A stretch of DNA of 64,000 nucleotides, from the sequence record MZ868638.1; one strand, given 5' to 3'. Position numbers and translations under genes: made by a program. Below are positions 45,862 through 55,681 of the stretch, piece after piece. Every line of letters starts with the position of its first letter. Within the stretch, counting starts at the first letter, position 1. Under the pieces are notes generated by a model. That model searched no databases and was not told the DNA's origin. It saw only the letters and a list, made by a program, of their open reading frames with translations. The stretch comes from Escherichia phage vB_EcoM-pEK20.

Positions 45862-47550
45862 ATGAAAAAAGCTGTTATTCTTGGTGCTGGACTGGCAACT
45901 CGTTTGTATCCAATAACGCATCATATTCCTAAGGTGCTTGTTAACTATAAACAAGACACTATTCTGAGCAATTTGTATACAATTTATTCTGACCTTGGCG
46001 CAGATGAAATTATTGTAGTAGTTCATTCAAAATTTGCTGAAACTGTTCGAGCTTATTGTGAGCAAGAAGGGTTCAATGTGACTATTCGTACAGTTGATGA
46101 AGCGTATGGTTCCGCTTATGCTCTTGCTAAATTACACAAAGATTTAGACGGCCATAATGTAATTGTTAACTGGTGTGATATTATTCCCGATTTTGGTTCA
46201 TGGTCTTGGAATGTTAACGCAATCTATGTTAAGGGCGACGAATGTCGTTATAATTTCGACGGTGAAAATATCACTAACGTAGGTTCAACAGGTGGTAATG
46301 TTGTAGGAATTTATCAGTTCAAAGACTGGGAATTCTATATGGGTTCTACTGATGAGGAAATTCATGAATACTGCAAAGGACGTGATTTCGTAGAATTCCT
46401 TTACGGCAGCGCATTCAATAAATCAGAGCTTATGAATATCATCGACCTTGGTGATATGCCTAAACTTGAAAAAGCTCATGAAGTTCGTGAACTTAATCGT
46501 AGTTTTAATGCAGTTGAAATTGGCGAAGAAACGGTAACAAAGATTGCTTTAACAGAACAGGGCGTTGCACTTCAAAAAGATGAAGTCAATTGGTATAAGA
46601 AAGTTAAATCAGATTCAGTTCCACGGATTGTAAGTTATCATCCTGGCGGCCACTTTATTATGGAACGCATTAAAGGTAAGCCAGCATTTGAATATATTAA
46701 ATCCAAATCGAGTCTTGCTCGTCCACAAATTGTTGATGCAATTTTAGACGCACTGAAATTCAGCACAGACACTTATTTTGTAAGTCCTGAAACTGTTCGT
46801 CGTGATTTCACTAAAGAATTCTATACGAAAGTTATTGATCGTTGTGAAAGTATTCAACCATTGATTGATTCATTTGGTAAAATCACACATGTGAACTACA
46901 CTAAGATTGGGCGTCTGAAGCCAATGCTGAAACAAGCTTTAGAACACCTTATTCGTTATCATAACCGTTCTCAGGGACAGTACTCTGTTATTCATGGTGA
47001 CCCGAACTTCAGTAATACTATGATTACTGATAATGGTGAAGTCAAGTTTATCGACCCTCGTGGATATTTTGGTGAAACCAAGATTTATGGGCCAAAATTG
47101 TATGATGAAGCTAAAGTGCTTTATGCTGTTTCAGGTTATGATGAATTCAACGCTAATCCGACCTGGGGTCAGTTTACTATTGATGAAACAACTTGTAATG
47201 TGACTATTAACATCAATCCATTAGTTTACAAATATGGAAAGATGAGTTCGTTTAATGAGTATCATCATTTGGCTGTAGCAATTATCTGGATTGCATTAGG
47301 TGGTTATTTCAAGAATAATCCACTTAAAGCGGTAGCCGCATATTATAAAGGTATGGAACTTCTGACTAAGCAATTACGTAACATGGGCCGTGTACTTCAG
47401 GACGGCACTATTAGTTATGATGTAGCAGAACCTGTAACGGCTACTCTGATTACAAAAAATCCTGGTAAATGGGTACTAACTGATAAAGAAACTGGTGTTT
47501 CTTATCGTCCAATCGGTGGCGATATCACTCATCAATGGGAACGAATCTAA
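45862..47550 (+). CDS. bifunctional sugar-1-phosphate nucleotidyltransferase / anomeric sugar kinase
   Basis: N-terminal GAGLATRLYPIT (RmlA/GlmU-type NT); C-terminal HGDPNFSNTMI...IDPRG (APH/choline-kinase-type kinase). Confidence 0.7.
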   Translation: MKKAVILGAGLATRLYPITHHIPKVLVNYKQDTILSNLYTIYSDLGADEIIVVVHSKFAETVRAYCEQEGFNVTIRTVDEAYGSAYALAKLHKDLDGHNVIVNWCDIIPDFGSWSWNVNAIYVKGDECRYNFDGENITNVGSTGGNVVGIYQFKDWEFYMGSTDEEIHEYCKGRDFVEFLYGSAFNKSELMNIIDLGDMPKLEKAHEVRELNRSFNAVEIGEETVTKIALTEQGVALQKDEVNWYKKVKSDSVPRIVSYHPGGHFIMERIKGKPAFEYIKSKSSLARPQIVDAILDALKFSTDTYFVSPETVRRDFTKEFYTKVIDRCESIQPLIDSFGKITHVNYTKIGRLKPMLKQALEHLIRYHNRSQGQYSVIHGDPNFSNTMITDNGEVKFIDPRGYFGETKIYGPKLYDEAKVLYAVSGYDEFNANPTWGQFTIDETTCNVTININPLVYKYGKMSSFNEYHHLAVAIIWIALGGYFKNNPLKAVAAYYKGMELLTKQLRNMGRVLQDGTISYDVAEPVTATLITKNPGKWVLTDKETGVSYRPIGGDITHQWERI

Positions 47551-47936
47551 TGCACCGTGTAGAAAACATGCTTAATCTTTGTTTTGATGTCGATGATTGT
47601 ATAACAGAGTGGAATAACAACCGTGATTACGTGAACTTCAAACCAGACGTCGAAATGGTGACTGCCATTAATGCCCTGTACGATGCAGGGCATACCATAA
47701 CGCTTTACACTGCTCGCGGTATGAAGTCAGTCGGTCCTGGTCGTATAGCAATTGACATTCTCCCAAGTCTGATTCAGAACTTGGCAAACATTGGATTGAA
47801 GTACCATAATTTGCTAACACATAAACCAGTATATGATTGGATTATCGACGACAAAGCTATGCGTCCTGACGAATTCAAAGCTCTTATGAATAAAGGCGAA
47901 TTCGAAACATTTAAATCGTATAAACCGAATCTATAA
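47550..47936 (+). CDS. HAD-superfamily phosphatase
   Basis: motif I LCFDVDDCIT at N-terminus; ATG overlapping upstream stop. Confidence 0.6.
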   Translation: MHRVENMLNLCFDVDDCITEWNNNRDYVNFKPDVEMVTAINALYDAGHTITLYTARGMKSVGPGRIAIDILPSLIQNLANIGLKYHNLLTHKPVYDWIIDDKAMRPDEFKALMNKGEFETFKSYKPNL

Positions 47937-47992
47937 TAATTTAAGTAAGACCTGCAAAAACCATCGCGTCAATTAACGTGAGATGCAAAAAA

Positions 47993-49153
47993 ATGAATAC
48001 TTTTAAAATCGGAACGAATTTTGATTTAGCTCTTCTTGATAAAATCGTAGAGCTCAATAAAACTTATCCTAATAGCTTGATAAACGAAGTATACGGCTCT
48101 ACAAGAGAAATGGCTTTTGTAGCAGCCAGACCTGATTTTAGGCTTCCTGACGTTGACAAAAAGATGTTAGAAGATTACGTTAAACGTTGTAACGAATTAG
48201 GTATTTGCTTTAACTATACACTCAACACGATAAATCCTGGTTCAAAAAGAGAACTAGTTGAGTGGAAGAAGAAAGCTATTCAGGATTATGTTCAGTATCT
48301 TTGGTCAATAGGCGTATGGCGTATTACTATCGCTAACCCTGTTGTTATGGAAATTGTTCGTGAAGTCAATAAAGACATTGAGATTGAAGTTTCAACAATT
48401 CTACATGTCGATGCTGTAACTCAAATCAAATACTTGCATGACCAGTATAATATCAAAAAGGTCTGCTGTGGAATTCATAAGAACCGTTCGGTTTCTTTCC
48501 TGAAGCGTGCAGCAGAGTTTTGCAATAAGAACAATATAATATTTGAAGTTCTTGTAAATGAGTTCTGTTCTAATGCTGGTAAAGGGTATACAACACATTG
48601 TAGCTATCGTGACTCTTGCTATATTTTCCATAGTACTGATGTTACCGCTGATGATGCTAAATCCTTAAATGGATATCCAATGCAACACTGCATTAAAGCT
48701 CGTGATACAGATCCATTTAACTGGTTGAGAACTCGTTTTGTTCGTCCTCAAGATTTGAAACTTTATAATGATATTGGTATCACTCAATTCAAAGTTTCAG
48801 GACGTACAGGTAGCACAGACTACATTTTGAAAGTTCTTGAAGCTTATGCTTCCGAAAAATTTGAAGGTAATTTGTTGGAATTGTGGAAGCCTTTAGAGAC
48901 CATTTTCACTCTTGAAAATGAGACCGAGTTTTCACATACGGTAAATATTGAAACCTCTTTGTTAGATGGCTTTTTAGAAAAAAGGTGGTTCAGACATCCA
49001 GATTTCGATTGTGCTAATGAAATCTGTGGGACGACGTGTACATATTGTGAAAGATATTATAAACGTCAATTATCTAAAAATGGGTTATCAGAAAACTCTA
49101 TATCTATTATTGATATAACTAACTCTGACGACGCTTTGAGGTACCCAGAATGA
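47993..49153 (+). CDS. peptidase-U32-family-like protein (putative Fe-S/radical enzyme), function unknown
   Basis: LGICFNYTLNT, NEFCSNAGKGYTTHC and FKVSGRTGSTDYILKVLEAY resemble U32 family motifs; C-terminal Cys cluster CGTTCTYC. Confidence 0.4.
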   Translation: MNTFKIGTNFDLALLDKIVELNKTYPNSLINEVYGSTREMAFVAARPDFRLPDVDKKMLEDYVKRCNELGICFNYTLNTINPGSKRELVEWKKKAIQDYVQYLWSIGVWRITIANPVVMEIVREVNKDIEIEVSTILHVDAVTQIKYLHDQYNIKKVCCGIHKNRSVSFLKRAAEFCNKNNIIFEVLVNEFCSNAGKGYTTHCSYRDSCYIFHSTDVTADDAKSLNGYPMQHCIKARDTDPFNWLRTRFVRPQDLKLYNDIGITQFKVSGRTGSTDYILKVLEAYASEKFEGNLLELWKPLETIFTLENETEFSHTVNIETSLLDGFLEKRWFRHPDFDCANEICGTTCTYCERYYKRQLSKNGLSENSISIIDITNSDDALRYPE

Positions 49154-49388
49154 TTTCTAGAAAAACTTTTAACCACCAACTTAATGAAGAGATTTTGACT
49201 ATGAAAATTAACAGCAACGAACAAATTCTTAAAAAGGCCCTTATGGGCCTGTTTGAAACCAAAGCGGCTTAAAGTGATTAAAGAACCTGTTCAATTGTAA
49301 TACTACGCTGATGCATTTCTTCATAGTGTCCTTGGAAGTATCGATGCCGAAGCTCTACGTTATATCAACATCGCTAAGAAATTCAAAT

Positions 49389-49413
49389 AAGCTTTATGAA
49401 TTGAGTATATAAT
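49389..49413 (+). promoter_or_regulatory. middle-type promoter upstream of gene 42
   Basis: aGCTTTA 49390-49396, 11-nt spacer, tataat 49408-49413. Confidence 0.45.
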
Positions 49414-49432
49414 AAATTGTATTGAGGTAAAC

Positions 49433-50149
49433 ATGGGAAAACATAACACAATGAAATATATTAAAGCCGCAGATTTTCAATCCGCATTTAAAGCTGTCAA
49501 TCGTGAAATTTTAGAAAACCCGGAATTCGTAACTGATTCTCGTATTGGACGTTGTAATGAAATTGGGTCTATGACAGTAGTTGTTGACACTCCATCATCA
49601 TTCAAAATGACCGACCCACGTATTAACCGCATCTCTTATGAATATGCTGAAGACTTCTGGAAGTTTATGGTTTCTGGTGGTACTGATGCAGAAGAAGCAT
49701 TTAAGGCATATCCTAACGTTGCTAAATTTATTTCTAAACCTAAATCAGACGCTTTGCCTGCAAACTTCAACACTTTCTACGGTCCACGAATTGCGGCCCA
49801 ATTACCAGCTCTTTTAAAAGAACTTAAAGAGAAGCCTAACTCTCGAAGAGTTGTGTTTCAAATTCTTGAAAGTTCTGATCAGGCTTTGCTTGATTCGGAC
49901 GAAACGCTTGAATATCCATGTACTGACTCAGTGACTTATTATATTCGTGATGGTAAGCTTTATACCCACTGCCATATGCGTTCTCAGAACTGTGCTGTTG
50001 TTATGCAGTTGGATTTTTATCTCCAAGGAAAATTACTTCATTATATCGCTAACGAATGTGGTGTAGAAGTTGGTGATTATACTCATACCATGGTAAGTGC
50101 CCATGTGTTTGAACGTGATTTTGATTATGTTAAAGGATTCCTTGACTAA
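49433..50149 (+). CDS. 42: dCMP hydroxymethylase
   Basis: thymidylate-synthase-like motifs PNSRRVVFQI and TDSVTYYIRDGKLYTHCHMRSQN parallel T4 gp42. Confidence 0.9.
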   Translation: MGKHNTMKYIKAADFQSAFKAVNREILENPEFVTDSRIGRCNEIGSMTVVVDTPSSFKMTDPRINRISYEYAEDFWKFMVSGGTDAEEAFKAYPNVAKFISKPKSDALPANFNTFYGPRIAAQLPALLKELKEKPNSRRVVFQILESSDQALLDSDETLEYPCTDSVTYYIRDGKLYTHCHMRSQNCAVVMQLDFYLQGKLLHYIANECGVEVGDYTHTMVSAHVFERDFDYVKGFLD

Positions 50150-51048
50150 TGGCTATTTTCCGCGTACCTATCTTGAGTATGCGGTCTTATGAAACTGGAC
50201 AGTATGCTATCCTTAAGGATGGCAACTTCCAACTTCATTTGCACCGTGCTAATCCAGGTGATGTGATTACATATCCACGTAATGCATCTGATATTAAAGA
50301 ATGTGAACGTCTTTTCCCAGAATTTAAGTTTGTTCCATTATGGTATAAAGATAACGCGTATAACACTCGTAAATATTTCTGGTCTGAAAATGAATTTGTG
50401 GTTGATTCATTAATTGCTTATTATGATTGTGATTTTCTAATAACAGATATCACTGGATATGATGGTGCTTTTGATGTAGAATTCAATTTCAATATCACCG
50501 CAGACCCTAATAAACCGCGTTTTTATATTGACGAATTCTTAAAAACCGACATGTTGTCGGTTAATCGTTCACTTCAAACTACTGTGTTGAATGAACGTCA
50601 AAAGGAAGTGCTGGTTAACGCTGGTGCGGATGGTAATAAGATTATCGTAACGCAGAAAGTTATACGTCCTTCCATCATGCAGCGTCTTGTAGGTGATTTG
50701 GCTCCTATTCATCTAGATGGTATTTTTCATCCATTTCGAATTAGTGACCCGTGCTATCGTTTTGAACAAGTGGTTGAATGTGCAATTCAATTAGGCCAAC
50801 CGCTTTATATAACCGATCCAAATAATAGCTTCGACAGAAATAAGTATCCTGAAGAAGCGCTGATTCGAATTTTTAAACCAACTAAAACCGAGTACTATCA
50901 AATTCTTAAAGGACGTCCAAAGATTCAATATTTCGAAAATCCTGAAGAAGTATTCCATCCAGGTCTTGGTGAGTTCATCTACTTTAATGCTTTAATTTCT
51001 TCGCCGTATAATATACCTAAATACGAAGATGTCGTAATCGAGGAATAA
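50149..51048 (+). CDS. hypothetical protein in the beta-glucosyltransferase slot (candidate hmC glycosyltransferase)
   Basis: 299-aa ORF between 42 and uvsX; no similarity to T4 Bgt noted; assignment by synteny only. Confidence 0.3.
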   Translation: MAIFRVPILSMRSYETGQYAILKDGNFQLHLHRANPGDVITYPRNASDIKECERLFPEFKFVPLWYKDNAYNTRKYFWSENEFVVDSLIAYYDCDFLITDITGYDGAFDVEFNFNITADPNKPRFYIDEFLKTDMLSVNRSLQTTVLNERQKEVLVNAGADGNKIIVTQKVIRPSIMQRLVGDLAPIHLDGIFHPFRISDPCYRFEQVVECAIQLGQPLYITDPNNSFDRNKYPEEALIRIFKPTKTEYYQILKGRPKIQYFENPEEVFHPGLGEFIYFNALISSPYNIPKYEDVVIEE

Positions 51049-51049
51049 A

Positions 51050-51598
51050 ATGGCTAAAATTATTTTAGTAGATGGCCCGGATAATGCTGGTAAAACAACT
51101 TTCATTAATGACATAATGGAAATTAGTGAAAGATATGTAAAGATTGATTTCCCTAAACGAACGGTTGATGGACGTTTCGATGTTAAGTCTCGAAATGAAG
51201 TTGGCTGTTTCGAAACGATGCTGAATTATTTAGACCCTACTAAGATTTATCTGTTAGATCGTGGATATATTAGTAACTGGGTTTACGGACGTATTCGACA
51301 AGATGCGGACTCGGTTCTTGACGTTTATGAACAGGATTATGTTCGTCTTTGCCAAAACCATGATGTGTTCACAATTATTTTAACACGTAACGAAATGACT
51401 GAAAGTTTTGAAGACGACCTTATTACTTTGTCTTCATTCGGTTTTAATACAGTAATTTCATATTTTGAAGAGTTTGCAATCCATAACGAAATCCAAACGT
51501 ATCAATTACTTAATCATGATGGTGCTAACAAAGTTATAGGATTTAATGCAAGCGAACGTAATAATTTGATTACAGAAATTATCAAATGGGCTCGTTAA
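51050..51598 (+). CDS. P-loop kinase-like protein
   Basis: Walker A VDGPDNAGKTT; LLDRGY resembles nucleotide-kinase DRx motif. Confidence 0.5.
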   Translation: MAKIILVDGPDNAGKTTFINDIMEISERYVKIDFPKRTVDGRFDVKSRNEVGCFETMLNYLDPTKIYLLDRGYISNWVYGRIRQDADSVLDVYEQDYVRLCQNHDVFTIILTRNEMTESFEDDLITLSSFGFNTVISYFEEFAIHNEIQTYQLLNHDGANKVIGFNASERNNLITEIIKWAR

Positions 51599-51619
51599 GA
51601 GCCTGTTTAAAGTTTTAAA

Positions 51620-51644
51620 TGCTGTATAACCCTTAGTATATAAT
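51620..51644 (+). promoter_or_regulatory. middle promoter upstream of uvsX
   Basis: TGCTGTA 51620-51626, 12-nt spacer, tataat 51639-51644. Confidence 0.5.
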
Positions 51645-51697
51645 CGTCTTATCTTTTAAACATGAGTAAAATATAATGATGCCTATGGAAAAATACA

Positions 51698-52870
51698 ATG
51701 TCTGATTTAAAATCTCGTCTGATTAAAGCTTCTACTTCTAAAATGACTGCAGACTTGACTAAGTCTAAGTTGTTTAATAATCGCGATGAAGTCCCTACTC
51801 GTATTCCGATGTTGAATATTGCATTAGGTGGTGCACTGAATGCTGGGTTGCAATCAGGCTTAACTATTTTTGCTGCTCCTTCTAAACACTTTAAAACGTT
51901 GTTTGGACTGACCATGGTTGCAGCATATATGAAGAAATATAAAGATGCAATTTGTTTGTTCTATGATTCAGAATTTGGTGCTTCAGAATCTTATTTTCGT
52001 TCGATGGGTGTTGATTTAGACCGTGTAGTTCATACTCCGATTCAATCTGTCGAACAACTTAAAGTTGATATGACTAATCAGCTTGACGCGATTGAACGCG
52101 GTGATAAAGTTATTATCTTTATCGATTCAATTGGTAATACTGCATCTAAGAAAGAAACCGAAGATGCGTTGAACGAGAAAGTTGTAGGTGATATGTCTCG
52201 TGCTAAGGCACTTAAATCTCTGTTCCGCATTGTGACTCCTTATCTGACTATTAAAGATATTCCGTGTGTTGCAATCAACCATACAGCAATGGAAATTGGC
52301 GGACTATATCCTAAAGAGATTATGGGTGGTGGTACAGGTATTCTTTACTCTGCTAACACTGTATTCTTTATCTCTAAACGTCAGGTTAAAGAAGGTACAG
52401 AATTGACCGGTTATGACTTCACGTTGAAAGCAGAAAAATCTCGTACAGTTAAAGAGAAATCTACTTTCCCAATCACAGTCAATTTCGATGGCGGTATCGA
52501 CCCATTCAGTGGCTTGTTAGAAATGGCAACTGAAATTGGTTTTGTAGTTAAGCCTAAAGCCGGGTGGTATGCTCGAGAATTCCTTGACGAAGAAACAGGC
52601 GAAATGATTCGTGAAGAGAAATCATGGCGTGCTAAAGCTACTGATTGTGTAGAATTCTGGGGACCGTTGTTTAAACACAAACCTTTCCGAGATGCAATTG
52701 AAACTAAATATAAACTAGGTGCTATCTCTTCTATTAAAGAAGTCGATGACGCTGTTAACGACCTTATTAATTGCAAAGCAACAACTAAAGTTCCGGTTAA
52801 AACTTCTGATGCTCCGTCTGCAGCAGATATAGAAAACGACCTTGACGAAATGGAAGATTTCGATGAATAA
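51698..52870 (+). CDS. uvsX: recombinase UvsX (RecA-like)
   Basis: 390 aa; RecA-fold motifs; matches T4 UvsX. Confidence 0.95.
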   Translation: MSDLKSRLIKASTSKMTADLTKSKLFNNRDEVPTRIPMLNIALGGALNAGLQSGLTIFAAPSKHFKTLFGLTMVAAYMKKYKDAICLFYDSEFGASESYFRSMGVDLDRVVHTPIQSVEQLKVDMTNQLDAIERGDKVIIFIDSIGNTASKKETEDALNEKVVGDMSRAKALKSLFRIVTPYLTIKDIPCVAINHTAMEIGGLYPKEIMGGGTGILYSANTVFFISKRQVKEGTELTGYDFTLKAEKSRTVKEKSTFPITVNFDGGIDPFSGLLEMATEIGFVVKPKAGWYAREFLDEETGEMIREEKSWRAKATDCVEFWGPLFKHKPFRDAIETKYKLGAISSIKEVDDAVNDLINCKATTKVPVKTSDAPSAADIENDLDEMEDFDE

Positions 52871-53204
52871 TCTCGATGATTTAAATCTAGAAATCGTTGA
52901 TGAATCCCCTTCTTCGGAAGGGGAAGACATTCGCAAAGAACGAGTGTTTAATGAATCTCTTAAAATTGTCCGTTCAGCAATGGAAAATGTCATTCAAGAG
53001 ATTCTGATTACGCTTGAAGATGGTTCTCATCATATAGTCTATATTACAAAACTAGACTGGGTTGATGGTAAAATCGTAATGGACTTTGCAGTTCTTGACC
53101 AGGACAGAAAAGCAGAACTTGCACCACATGTTGAAAAATGTGTTACAATGCAAGTACAACAAGCTTTTAATGAACGGGCCAAGAAAAAATTTAGATTCTT
53201 TTAA
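52863..53204 (+). CDS. 40: gp40-like protein (head vertex assembly chaperone)
   Basis: position between uvsX and 41 as in T4; ATG overlapping uvsX stop. Confidence 0.5.
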   Translation: MNNLDDLNLEIVDESPSSEGEDIRKERVFNESLKIVRSAMENVIQEILITLEDGSHHIVYITKLDWVDGKIVMDFAVLDQDRKAELAPHVEKCVTMQVQQAFNERAKKKFRFF

Positions 53205-53213
53205 GGAGTTATC

Positions 53214-54656
53214 GTGGTAGAAATTATTTTGTCTCATCTAGTATACGACCAGGCTTATTTTTCTAAGGTCTGGCCTTATATGGATTCTGAGTATTTTGAG
53301 CGTGGACCGGCAAAAAATGTCTTTAAAATTATAAAGAGCCACGTTAACGAATATAATGCAATGCCGTCTATCAATGCATTAAAGGTGGCTTTAGATAACA
53401 GTTCTTTAACTGAAGCCGAATATAAAGGAACTTCAGACCTAATTGAAAAATTGGCTGATACTCCTGAAGACCACGAATGGTTGGTTAAAGAAACTGAGAA
53501 ATATGTCCAGCAAAAAGCGATGTATAATGCTACATCCAAAATCATTGAGATTCAGTCTAATGCTGAACTACCTCCAGAACAACGTAACAAGAAAATGCCT
53601 GACGTAGGAGCTATTCCTGATATTATGCGTCAAGCACTTTCAATTTCGTTTGATAGTTATGTTGGACATGACTGGATGGAAGACTATGAAGCACGCTGGC
53701 TTTCTTATCTGAACAAAGCACGTAAGGTCCCGTTCAAATTAAACATTCTGAATAAAATCACTAAAGGTGGTGCTGAAACCGGTACACTGAATGTTTTAAT
53801 GGCTGGTGTTAACGTTGGTAAATCTTTAGGCCTTTGTTCACTTGCTGCAGATTATCTTCAAACAGGTCATAATGTTCTTTATATTTCCATGGAAATGGCT
53901 GAAGAAGTTTGTGCTAAGCGTATAGATGCAAACATGCTTGACGTATCACTCGATGATATCGATGATGGTAACGTATCTTATGCTGAATATAAAGCCAAGA
54001 TGGAAAAATGGCGTTCAAAATCCACATTAGGACGTTTAGTGGTTAAACAGTATCCTACTGGCGGAGCTAATGCTAATACATTCCGTGCATTGCTTAATGA
54101 ATTGAAACTCAAGAAGAACTTTGTGCCATCTGTAATCATGGTTGATTACTTAGGTATTTGTGGGTCTTGTCGTATCAGAGTTTACACTGAAAATAGCTAC
54201 ACATTAGTTAAAGCTATCGCAGAAGAACTTCGTGCATTAGCAGTAGAATCTGAAACAGTTCTATGGACTGCAGCTCAAGTAGGACGTGCAGCATGGGATG
54301 CTTCGGATATGAACATGAGCGATATTGCAGAATCAGCAGGTTTACCAGCAACGGCAGATTTCATGTTGGCCGTAATTGAAACCGAAGAACTTGCACAAGC
54401 TGAACAACAACTTATCAAACAAATCAAATCACGATATGGTGATAAGAATAAGTGGAATAAATTCCTGATGGGTGTACGTAAAGGCAACCAGAAATGGATT
54501 GAGATTGAGCAAGAAGGCATGAACACATCTAACACAGTAAATGAAAACGCAGGTGCTCAGATGCGTCAGGCAGAGGTGAATCGTACGGAACGCGTAGGTA
54601 AAGCCAAAGCAACACGTGCTGACCTAGATAGCTTAGCCAATGAGTTAAAATTTTAA
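53214..54656 (+). CDS. 41: replicative DNA helicase gp41 (DnaB-like)
   Basis: MVEIILSHL..., Walker A GVNVGKS; matches T4 gp41; GTG start. Confidence 0.95.
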   Translation: MVEIILSHLVYDQAYFSKVWPYMDSEYFERGPAKNVFKIIKSHVNEYNAMPSINALKVALDNSSLTEAEYKGTSDLIEKLADTPEDHEWLVKETEKYVQQKAMYNATSKIIEIQSNAELPPEQRNKKMPDVGAIPDIMRQALSISFDSYVGHDWMEDYEARWLSYLNKARKVPFKLNILNKITKGGAETGTLNVLMAGVNVGKSLGLCSLAADYLQTGHNVLYISMEMAEEVCAKRIDANMLDVSLDDIDDGNVSYAEYKAKMEKWRSKSTLGRLVVKQYPTGGANANTFRALLNELKLKKNFVPSVIMVDYLGICGSCRIRVYTENSYTLVKAIAEELRALAVESETVLWTAAQVGRAAWDASDMNMSDIAESAGLPATADFMLAVIETEELAQAEQQLIKQIKSRYGDKNKWNKFLMGVRKGNQKWIEIEQEGMNTSNTVNENAGAQMRQAEVNRTERVGKAKATRADLDSLANELKF

Positions 54657-54662
54657 TAAAAA

Positions 54663-54681
54663 GGAGACTTCGGTCTCCTTT
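54663..54681 (+). terminator. UUCG-tetraloop hairpin terminator
   Basis: ggagac-ttcg-gtctcc then ttt. Confidence 0.55.
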
Positions 54682-54685
54682 CGGG

Positions 54686-54715
54686 GTTTACATCTTCCTC
54701 TAGGCATGATATGAT
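54686..54715 (+). promoter_or_regulatory. early promoter
   Basis: -35 gtttac 54686-54691, -10 tatgat 54710-54715. Confidence 0.5.
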
Positions 54716-54744
54716 GTACTTACACAAACCAAGAGGAAAACATT

Positions 54745-55119
54745 ATGAATATGTCTCAAGCAATTTTTACTGCAATCACCGAAAACACAACTGTTGAAGT
54801 AGTTTCTCCGCTGGCAACCTACGTTATTCTTGCTCCTAAAACTATTGTATCTCGTATGGAAAACATGGGCAAACGTATCGTACAAATTGTTGGAGCCGGA
54901 AATCAAAAACTTGATTATCTGCGAACCATCAAAGCTTATGAACATTTCCAACTCGAAAAAGGTTCTCCTATCCAGGTAGAACTCGTAAATGGTGATATTG
55001 TTCGAGCAATGTTCCATCATTTCTATGCATTGAATGACCCATCTAAAGCGGTTCGTTTAATTGCATACGACGCAAACCAAAACGAAATCAACGCAGATGT
55101 ATCTAAATTACGTTTTTAA
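54745..55119 (+). CDS. hypothetical protein
   Basis: ATG ORF, SD agagga. Confidence 0.5.
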   Translation: MNMSQAIFTAITENTTVEVVSPLATYVILAPKTIVSRMENMGKRIVQIVGAGNQKLDYLRTIKAYEHFQLEKGSPIQVELVNGDIVRAMFHHFYALNDPSKAVRLIAYDANQNEINADVSKLRF

Positions 55120-55148
55120 GTTTACTTCTCCAGTAGTTGTGTTATTAT
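55120..55148 (+). promoter_or_regulatory. early promoter in stem-loop
   Basis: -35 gtttac 55120-55125, -10 tattat 55143-55148; inverted repeat ctccagtagttg / caactactggag. Confidence 0.65.
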
Positions 55149-55174
55149 AGACCTATCAACTACTGGAGAACAAA

Positions 55175-55492
55175 ATGAAAACCATCGATTGTAAAGCAGA
55201 ATTTAAGATTTTTTATCACGGTTCAAGTAGTTCAGCTAACATCGAAAACATGCTTTGTCCTCCTGAGGAAACAGGAGTTCTGTCTGAAACCGGACGTAAG
55301 AAAAACTTGGATCGTGTATTCTTTACTGAAGATATCGGTTTAGCAAAGATTTATGCAGGACGAGCAGCACGCTCTTATGGAGGTGAACCACGTCTCTATC
55401 GAGTAATTTCTCCGGTAGACGTAGTTCAAATGAATAATACTAAAGGTGCTACAGTTTATCACGCTGAATGGGCATTTTGCGAGGAAATATGA
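55175..55492 (+). CDS. hypothetical protein
   Basis: ATG ORF. Confidence 0.5.
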   Translation: MKTIDCKAEFKIFYHGSSSSANIENMLCPPEETGVLSETGRKKNLDRVFFTEDIGLAKIYAGRAARSYGGEPRLYRVISPVDVVQMNNTKGATVYHAEWAFCEEI

Positions 55493-55680
55493 GCAAATTA
55501 ACTAAAGTTACTTTTATTGGTTGGTTTAAAAGTGGTGAGATGTTCACTAAAGATATCATGTTATCAGGTGACCGTGAAGAAATCGAGTGGGTTGCTGTAC
55601 AACTCGCTGAAGTGAACAGTGCACTTGTTAAAGCATTTGTTAATGACGAGAAAGTTTTTGAAGCTGATTTCAGAGGATAA
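55489..55680 (+). CDS. hypothetical small protein
   Basis: ATG at M8 of listed ORF. Confidence 0.4.
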   Translation: MSKLTKVTFIGWFKSGEMFTKDIMLSGDREEIEWVAVQLAEVNSALVKAFVNDEKVFEADFRG

Positions 55681-55681
55681 T

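Noticed and set aside
49235-49250. Terminator hairpin aggccc-ttat-gggcct after the U32-like gene
   Set aside because: It lies inside a possible 40-codon ORF (49150..49272) and has a weak U-run; neither the ORF nor the terminator is well supported
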